Positions 63,784-64,000 of a DNA stretch of 64,000 nucleotides are shown piece by piece. The stretch's first letter is position 1. Every line of letters begins with the position of its first letter. Position numbers and translations under genes: made by a program. A model generated the notes under the pieces. That model had not been told where the DNA came from. It did no database searches and was given only the letters and a program-made list of their open reading frames with translations. The DNA is from Camelus dromedarius (lineage: Eukaryota), in NCBI RefSeq assembly GCF_036321535.1, contig NC_087437.1, positions 73,472,001-73,536,000 of the forward strand, in the 5' to 3' direction.

Positions 63784-64000
63784 CTGTTAATGTTCATTTA
63801 ATTTGAAATGGCAGAATTCATATCAGTAATACTTAAGGAAGATATTAACTCATTTAAGAGGAGGGAGTAAAGCACAGTGTGTGTGACCAGCCACCACCTG
63901 AGTCACAGTTAAAACTTTTCCCAGGCATTAAAACCTGCTACACAGGAAAGCTATGGACTTAACTTTTTCATCTTAACAGCAAAATCTTATATCTGTTTCA

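Overview
AT-rich, CpG-poor mammalian genomic DNA. The young L1 3' ends resemble camelid (alpaca/camel) L1 as I recall them, and I saw no Alu, BovA or PRE SINEs, so a camelid source is an inference. I recognise no intact protein-coding gene: the long ORFs are L1 ORF2 or Tigger1 transposase remnants. A large share of the window is transposon-derived (young 5'-inverted L1 with TSD, older L1M/HAL1-like blocks, L2, MIR, MLT1, ERV solo LTRs, MER5, MER53, near full-length Tigger1). The main signal lies in the unique DNA between repeats. On the + strand (~38.5-52.6 kb) splice-site-bounded segments translate, through stops and frameshifts, into choline/carnitine O-acyltransferase motifs in the correct order, including the catalytic His region (closest to CROT, with CPT1/ChAT-like patches). 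This suggests an ancient unprocessed pseudogene of a divergent paralog. It lies head-to-head with a second, unidentified decayed multi-exon unit on the - strand (~30.5 kb to <2.1 kb). Between them is a small CpG-retaining promoter with MYB, ETS, GC-box and CCAAT motifs (~30.7-31.0 kb). All homology calls were made by eye against remembered sequences and need computational confirmation.
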